64,000 nt of DNA, taken from the NCBI GenBank assembly GCA_025965315.1, contig JAOPXD010000154.1, positions 9,822 to 73,821 on the forward strand, read 5' to 3'. Shown in pieces: positions 59,186 through 64,000 of this stretch (the stretch's first letter is position 1; each line of letters begins with the position of its first letter). The notes below the pieces were generated by a model that made no database searches, was not told where the DNA came from, and worked only from the letters and a program-made list of their open reading frames with translations. The stretch is from Marmoricola sp. GTDB lineage: Bacteria; Actinomycetota; Actinomycetes; Propionibacteriales; Nocardioidaceae. Made by a program: the position numbers and the translations under genes.

Positions 59186-60267
59186 GGACCGACCCCGTCC
59201 ATCGCGCTGAGGAACGCCGGGACCGGGAACGACGGGCGCGGCAGCCCGGCGCAGCTCGGACCGCGTCCCGCGTCACCGAGCACCGGCACGTCCTGGGGTC
59301 CGTAGCCCTTGGCCTGGGCTCCGAGCACCATCCGGACCTGGAAGATCCCGTGCTGGAACGGGCCGCTGGAGATCTTCTCGTCGTCGATCAGGCCGGCGAG
59401 CAGGCAGCCGAACTCGGGCGAGAACCGGGCCAGCATCGCCAGCACCGGTGCGCTGTCGTGCAGCAGGGCAGCCGTGGTCGGGGCATTGCTGGCCAGGAAC
59501 GTCGCGCCGATCCCCGAGGCACGCTGCACGTTGGTCAGGAACGCTGCGAGCACCACCTTGTCGGCGGTCAGGGTCCTGGCGGTCACGGTGGTGTTCGCCA
59601 GGATCCTGAGCAGGTCCGGCGCGATCGCGGCGTACACGTCGGAGACCGAGGCCAGCAACCGGATGTCCCGGGCCAGCAGCGGCAGCTGCCGGTTGAAGGT
59701 GTGCAGGAAGGCGTGGGCCGACGAGATCAGGCTGCCGAGCTGGGCACCGCGTCCCTGGAGCCCGGTCGCGATCGCGTCCAGCGTGGTCGACAGGTCCTGC
59801 GGCCGCACGGCGACCAGGACGGGCTCGAGCCGGTCCAGGACGGTGCCCACCTCGATCGCGGTTGCGCCGGTGTCCTCGTGCAGCACCGCGCCGTCGGCGA
59901 CCGCCGGGGCGGTGGATCCTGCCGGGCGCACGAGCTCGACGTACTTCTGCCCGAACAGCGTGGTCGGCAGGATCCTGACCTCGGCGTCGCGCGGGACGTC
60001 GCGCGCCGCAGCCGGGTCCAGCGCCAGACCGATCACGGCGTGGTCGCCGACCTGGCGCACCGAGGTGATCCGCCCGATCAGGGCGCCCTTGAGCCGGACG
60101 TCCCCGTTCTTGTTGAGCTGCAGCCCGGCGCGCTGGGCAACGACGCTCACGTGCACGGCGCTGACGAACGTCTTCTCGTACATCGCGATCGAGAGACCGA
60201 CCAGCCCGAGCAGGACGGCCATCAGCAGGACGCCCTTGAGCTGCAGGCGCACCCGTTCCGCGCTCAC
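59182..60267 (-). CDS. mceA: MCE family protein (first)
   Basis: GTG 60267 overlaps the yrbEB stop; RAGLQL...GDVRLKGALIGRI, TTLFGQKYVEL. Confidence 0.85.
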   Translation of the reverse strand: MSAERVRLQLKGVLLMAVLLGLVGLSIAMYEKTFVSAVHVSVVAQRAGLQLNKNGDVRLKGALIGRITSVRQVGDHAVIGLALDPAAARDVPRDAEVRILPTTLFGQKYVELVRPAGSTAPAVADGAVLHEDTGATAIEVGTVLDRLEPVLVAVRPQDLSTTLDAIATGLQGRGAQLGSLISSAHAFLHTFNRQLPLLARDIRLLASVSDVYAAIAPDLLRILANTTVTARTLTADKVVLAAFLTNVQRASGIGATFLASNAPTTAALLHDSAPVLAMLARFSPEFGCLLAGLIDDEKISSGPFQHGIFQVRMVLGAQAKGYGPQDVPVLGDAGRGPSCAGLPRPSFPVPAFLSAMDGVGP

Positions 60268-61082
60268 CCGGTGATCCGGACGGTCGTGGTCGAGCCCCAC
60301 ACGGCGAAGCTGAAGAAGAAGTCGACCAGGTTGATCAGCACGATCGAGAGCCGGATGGCGCGTCCGACCGCGACCCCGACGCCGGCCGGACCGCCGGAGG
60401 CGTGGAAGCCGTAGTAGCAGTGCACCAGGATGATCAGCACCGCGAAGACGAGCACCTTGCCGAAGGACCAGAGCACGTCCTGCGGCGCGAGGTACTGGAA
60501 GAAGTAGTGGTCGTAGGTGCCCACCGACTGCCCGAAGTACCCGGTGATGATCAGTCGCGAGGCCAGGAACGAGGCGAACAGGCCGACGGCGTACAGCGGG
60601 ATCACCGCGATGAACCCGGCGATCATCCGGGTGGTCACCAGGAACGGGATCGGCGGGATCGCCATCACCTCGAGCGCGTCGACCTCCTCGTTGACCCGCA
60701 TCGCGCCGAGCTCGGCGGTGAAGCCGCAGCCGACGGTGGCAGCCAGGGCCACGCCGCAGATCAGCGGCGCGGCCTCGCGGGTGTTGAAGTACGCCGAGAG
60801 GAACGCCGCGAAGTTGGCCACCCCGATCTGGTCGAGCGAGGCGTAACCCTGGAGCCCGACCTCGGTGCCGACGGCGTACGCGAGGGCGACCATCACCCCG
60901 ACGGTGCCGCCGACGATCGCCAGCCCGCCCTTGCCGAAGGACATGTCGGCCAGGACCGACCAGATCTCCTGCCGGTACCGGGCAAAGGCGCGTGGGGCCC
61001 AACGGGCCGAGGCCACGTAGAAGTCGAGCTGACGGCCCATCTCCTCGGCGGCGTCGCGGGGACGCCTGAGCAGGTCGGTCAT
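60264..61082 (-). CDS. yrbEB: MlaE/YrbE permease B
   Basis: TREAAPL, GCGFTAELGAMRVNEEVDALEVM, GGPAGVG. Confidence 0.9.
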   Translation of the reverse strand: MTDLLRRPRDAAEEMGRQLDFYVASARWAPRAFARYRQEIWSVLADMSFGKGGLAIVGGTVGVMVALAYAVGTEVGLQGYASLDQIGVANFAAFLSAYFNTREAAPLICGVALAATVGCGFTAELGAMRVNEEVDALEVMAIPPIPFLVTTRMIAGFIAVIPLYAVGLFASFLASRLIITGYFGQSVGTYDHYFFQYLAPQDVLWSFGKVLVFAVLIILVHCYYGFHASGGPAGVGVAVGRAIRLSIVLINLVDFFFSFAVWGSTTTVRITG

Positions 61083-61083
61083 C

Positions 61084-61944
61084 TCAGCCTCTCGGGAAGA
61101 GCTGCGAGTAGCTCATGCTGATCGCGTAGTTGACCAGGAACAGGGCTAGGAACGTGGTCACCACGGCTTCGTTGACCGCCTGGCCCACACCGCGCGGTCC
61201 GCCGCCGGCGCGCAGGCCCTTGAAGGAGCCGATCAGCCCGGCGAGAGCGCCGAAGATCAGGCCCTTGAGCAGGCTGGTCATGATGTCCGGCACCGTGGCC
61301 AGCGACCGGAACGAGTCGACGTACACGCCCGGGGTGCCGCCCTGGAGCTCAACGTTGAAGAAGTAGCCGCCGGCGATGCCGACGCCCATCACCAGACCGG
61401 TGAGCATCACCGCGACCAGCATCGATGCCAGCACCCGCGGGGCGACCAGCCGTGCCACCGGATCGACGCCCATCACCTTGAGGGCGTCGATCTCCTCGCG
61501 GATCGTCCGGGCGCCGAAGTCGGCGCAGATCGCCGACCCGGCGCCGCCGGCGAGCAGCAGGGCGGTGGCCAGCGGCGCTCCCTCGCGCACGATCGCGACC
61601 ACCGAGCTGGCCCCGGTGAAGGACTGCGCACCGAGCTGCGAGGACAGGCTGCCCACCTGGAGCGCGACCACCGCACCGAACGGGATCGCGACCAGCGCGG
61701 TCGGCAGGATCGACACCGTCGAGATGAACCAGGCCTGCAGCAGGAACTCCCGGATCTGGAACGGCCGGCGCACCAGTCCGCGCGCCACCTCGAGGCAGAA
61801 CGCGAAGAACTCCCCGAACGCGCGGACGGTCGACAGCACGGCGACCACCGACGGGGAGGACGCGAGTCGCCGTGCTGAAGCTGAGGGGGCGGGCAGTGTT
61901 TCCACGGCAGGTAGGACTCCGGAACCGTTGGTCGAGCACGCCAT
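61084..61944 (-). CDS. yrbEA: MlaE/YrbE permease A
   Basis: REGAPL, GAGSAICADFGARTIREEIDALKVMGVDP, GGPRGVG. Start uncertain. Confidence 0.9.
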   Translation of the reverse strand: MACSTNGSGVLPAVETLPAPSASARRLASSPSVVAVLSTVRAFGEFFAFCLEVARGLVRRPFQIREFLLQAWFISTVSILPTALVAIPFGAVVALQVGSLSSQLGAQSFTGASSVVAIVREGAPLATALLLAGGAGSAICADFGARTIREEIDALKVMGVDPVARLVAPRVLASMLVAVMLTGLVMGVGIAGGYFFNVELQGGTPGVYVDSFRSLATVPDIMTSLLKGLIFGALAGLIGSFKGLRAGGGPRGVGQAVNEAVVTTFLALFLVNYAISMSYSQLFPRG

Positions 61945-62066
61945 TTCCACGACACGCATGCGAAAGGCTGGCTTTTCGGATAGGAACTGGGGAGACGCTA
62001 GCCCGAGTCCCCTACGATGGCAAGGCCTTCGGCGTGCACCGGCGCCGACCGACCCGGGAGGATCCC

Positions 62067-62690
62067 GTGACCGAGACCGCTCGCCGGTACTCCGGCCAGT
62101 CCCCCGACGAACGCGACGCCGAACGGCGGCGCAGACTCCTCGCGACCGGGCGCGAGCTGTTCGGCACCATCGGGTACGCCGGTACCCCCATCGAGCGTCT
62201 CTGCGCCGAGGCGAAGGTGTCGACGCGGCACTTCTACCAGCTCTACGACAACAAGGAAGCCGTCTTCCTCGACGTCTACGAGACCATCACCTCGCTCTCG
62301 TTCGAGCGGGCGGTCGCGGCGCTGGTCGAGACCGCCGACGCGTCGATCGCGGAGCGCGCGCCGTACGCGTTCCTGGAGTACGTCGGACCGATGCTCGAGG
62401 ACATCCGGGTCGCCAGGATCGCGTTCATCGAGATCATGGGGGTCAGCCCGCGGATCGAGGAGCGCCGACTCGCCTACCGCGAGTCGCTCGTCGAGGTGAT
62501 CACCCGCGAGGGCAGGGCGGCGGTGGCCAAGGGCGAGGCCCGTGACCGCGACTTCCGCTTCGCGACCCTGGCCCTGGCCGGCGCGGCGAACGCGATCGTC
62601 TACGACTGGGCCTGCCGCGAGGACCGCGCGGACGTTGCCGAGCTCAAGAAGAAGCTCGGCGACCTCGCACTCACCCTGCTCGTGCTCTGA
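62067..62690 (+). CDS. TetR/AcrR family regulator
   Basis: RRRRLLATGRELFGTIGYAGTPIERLCAEAKVSTRHFYQLY; GGGAGG RBS before GTG. Confidence 0.9.
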   Translation: MTETARRYSGQSPDERDAERRRRLLATGRELFGTIGYAGTPIERLCAEAKVSTRHFYQLYDNKEAVFLDVYETITSLSFERAVAALVETADASIAERAPYAFLEYVGPMLEDIRVARIAFIEIMGVSPRIEERRLAYRESLVEVITREGRAAVAKGEARDRDFRFATLALAGAANAIVYDWACREDRADVAELKKKLGDLALTLLVL

Positions 62691-62708
62691 CGACGAACGC
62701 CGCGTTCT

Positions 62709-62732
62709 GGAAAAGCGAAACGTTTCCTTTTC
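62709..62732. promoter_or_regulatory. Palindrome upstream of the lipase (candidate TetR operator)
   Basis: Perfect core GAAACGTTTC (62717-62726) flanked by GAAAAG / CTTTTC. Confidence 0.45.
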
Positions 62733-62785
62733 ATTTCGTGCGATCGCGACTACCGTGCTCGCATCACCCCTAGGGAGGGAACCTG

Positions 62786-64000
62786 ATGCGCCCACTCACC
62801 ACCGTGCTGGCGACGGCAGCGATCACGCTGACCGCGCTGGCTCCGATCGCCTCTGCCTCTGCAGGCAAAGTGCCCGAACCGAAGCAGGACTCGTTCTACG
62901 CGGTCCCGTCGAACATCGCCTCGTACGCGAACGGCGCGGTGATCTCCTCGCGCAAGATCACGGCGATGCCGTACGCGTTCCCGGTCCCGACGGGCGCGTG
63001 GCAGATCAAGTACCGGACCAACGACGCGCACGGAGCGCCGACGGCGACCGTCACCACGCTGCTGGTCCCGGTGAGCAAGTGGAAGGGCGCCGGCCAGCGG
63101 CCGGTGCTGTCCTACCAGACCGCCGAGGACGGCGTCGGCGACCAGTGCGCGCCGTCGTACGGGATCCGGGCGGGCATCATCGCCTCGAAGGGCAGCAACG
63201 CCGCCGCCGAGTTCGCCCTGATGGCCGGTGGCCTCGCGAACGGTTGGGCCGTGACGGTCCCCGACTACGAAGGTCCGGACTCCGAGTTCCTGGCCGGCCG
63301 GCTCGAGGGCCAGGCCGTTCTTGACGGCGTCCGCGCCAGCACCGCGTTCGGGCAGGGCGGGCTGACCGCGACCAGCCCGGTCGGCCTCTGGGGCTACTCG
63401 GGCGGCGCCTTCGCCACCAGCATCGCCGACCAGCTGCAGGCGACGTACGCGCCCGAGCTCAACGTCCAGGCGATCGCGCTGGGCGGCGAGGTCGCCGAGA
63501 TCCGCAAGACCATCGACGACTTCAGCGGGAGCGCCCTCGGTGGCGCCCTCGCGATGGGCGTCAACGGTCCGCTGCGCGCCTACCCCGAGTTCAACCTGGG
63601 TCAGTACCTGAGCCCGGCCGGGCTGAAGAAGGTGCTCACCGCCAGCGATGACTGCATCTCGACTGCCGCCGGCCGCTACCCCGGTCTGAGCATCGCGAAG
63701 ATCGAGGCGTTCCCGGGCGCGATGGAGCTCCCGGTGGTCGCCAACCTGCTGCACAGCCTCAGCCCGCTCGGCATCGCCGGGACACCGACCGCGCCCGTCT
63801 ACGACTACCACGCGGTCAAGGACGAGCTCGCTCCGATCGGACCGGACCGCGAGCTGATGCACCGCTACTGCGACGCCGGTGCGACCGTCGACCACGTCGA
63901 GCACCCGGTCGGCGAGCACATCAGCGAGGTCGTGACCGGGGCCCCGGGGGCGCTGGCCTTCTTCAAGCAGCGGTTCGCCGGCCAGGCACCGACGAACGAC
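62786..64000 (+). CDS. Secreted lipase (LIP/PF03583-like); runs to the window end
   Basis: Own translation from ATG 62786 (GGGAGG RBS): signal peptide, DSFYAVP, LSYQTAED, VPDYEGP, nucleophile WGYSGG; open to 64000. Not in the ORF track. Confidence 0.88.
   Translation, partial: MRPLTTVLATAAITLTALAPIASASAGKVPEPKQDSFYAVPSNIASYANGAVISSRKITAMPYAFPVPTGAWQIKYRTNDAHGAPTATVTTLLVPVSKWKGAGQRPVLSYQTAEDGVGDQCAPSYGIRAGIIASKGSNAAAEFALMAGGLANGWAVTVPDYEGPDSEFLAGRLEGQAVLDGVRASTAFGQGGLTATSPVGLWGYSGGAFATSIADQLQATYAPELNVQAIALGGEVAEIRKTIDDFSGSALGGALAMGVNGPLRAYPEFNLGQYLSPAGLKKVLTASDDCISTAAGRYPGLSIAKIEAFPGAMELPVVANLLHSLSPLGIAGTPTAPVYDYHAVKDELAPIGPDRELMHRYCDAGATVDHVEHPVGEHISEVVTGAPGALAFFKQRFAGQAPTND

Noticed and set aside
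59182-61002. 606-aa MCE ORF
   Set aside because: The upstream part overlaps yrbEB out of frame; the real start is GTG 60267.

Overview
High-GC actinobacterial chromosome segment; gene content suggests Nocardioidaceae (inference, not verified). The backbone follows the order known from M. tuberculosis Rv1072-Rv1098c: BI-1/YccA, SGNH hydrolase, cbs, metB, greA, DUF4307, mca, YyaL-like, hemolysin III, cis-prenyltransferase, PhoH2, fumarase. Several accessory blocks interrupt it. (1) 2.3-9.3 kb: two lipoproteins and a ~1700-aa secreted protein built from a degenerate ~50-aa beta-rich repeat, lying between SCO and CtaG-like copper/cytochrome oxidase assembly genes. (2) 20.6-28.1 kb: an island with a palindrome-rich element, a membrane-anchored LuxR, and an HTH-MNT antitoxin whose HepT toxin survives only as a 14-codon remnant. 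(3) 36.06-38.42 kb: a 2.3-kb integrase-less islet inserted in the 3' end of msrA; it supplies a replacement C-terminus and leaves the displaced 3' end behind a 26-bp direct repeat. (4) Tandem YciI/DGPF genes with a duplicated ECF-type promoter, followed by a decayed VOC gene. Also present: a desaturase/reductase operon, a GH2, a catalytically degenerate M23 domain fused to an EEP phosphodiesterase, and a complete yrbE-mce operon next to a TetR and a secreted lipase. I recognised no rRNA, tRNA, CRISPR array, transposase or integrase. All family assignments come from motif recognition by eye; no database search was run.
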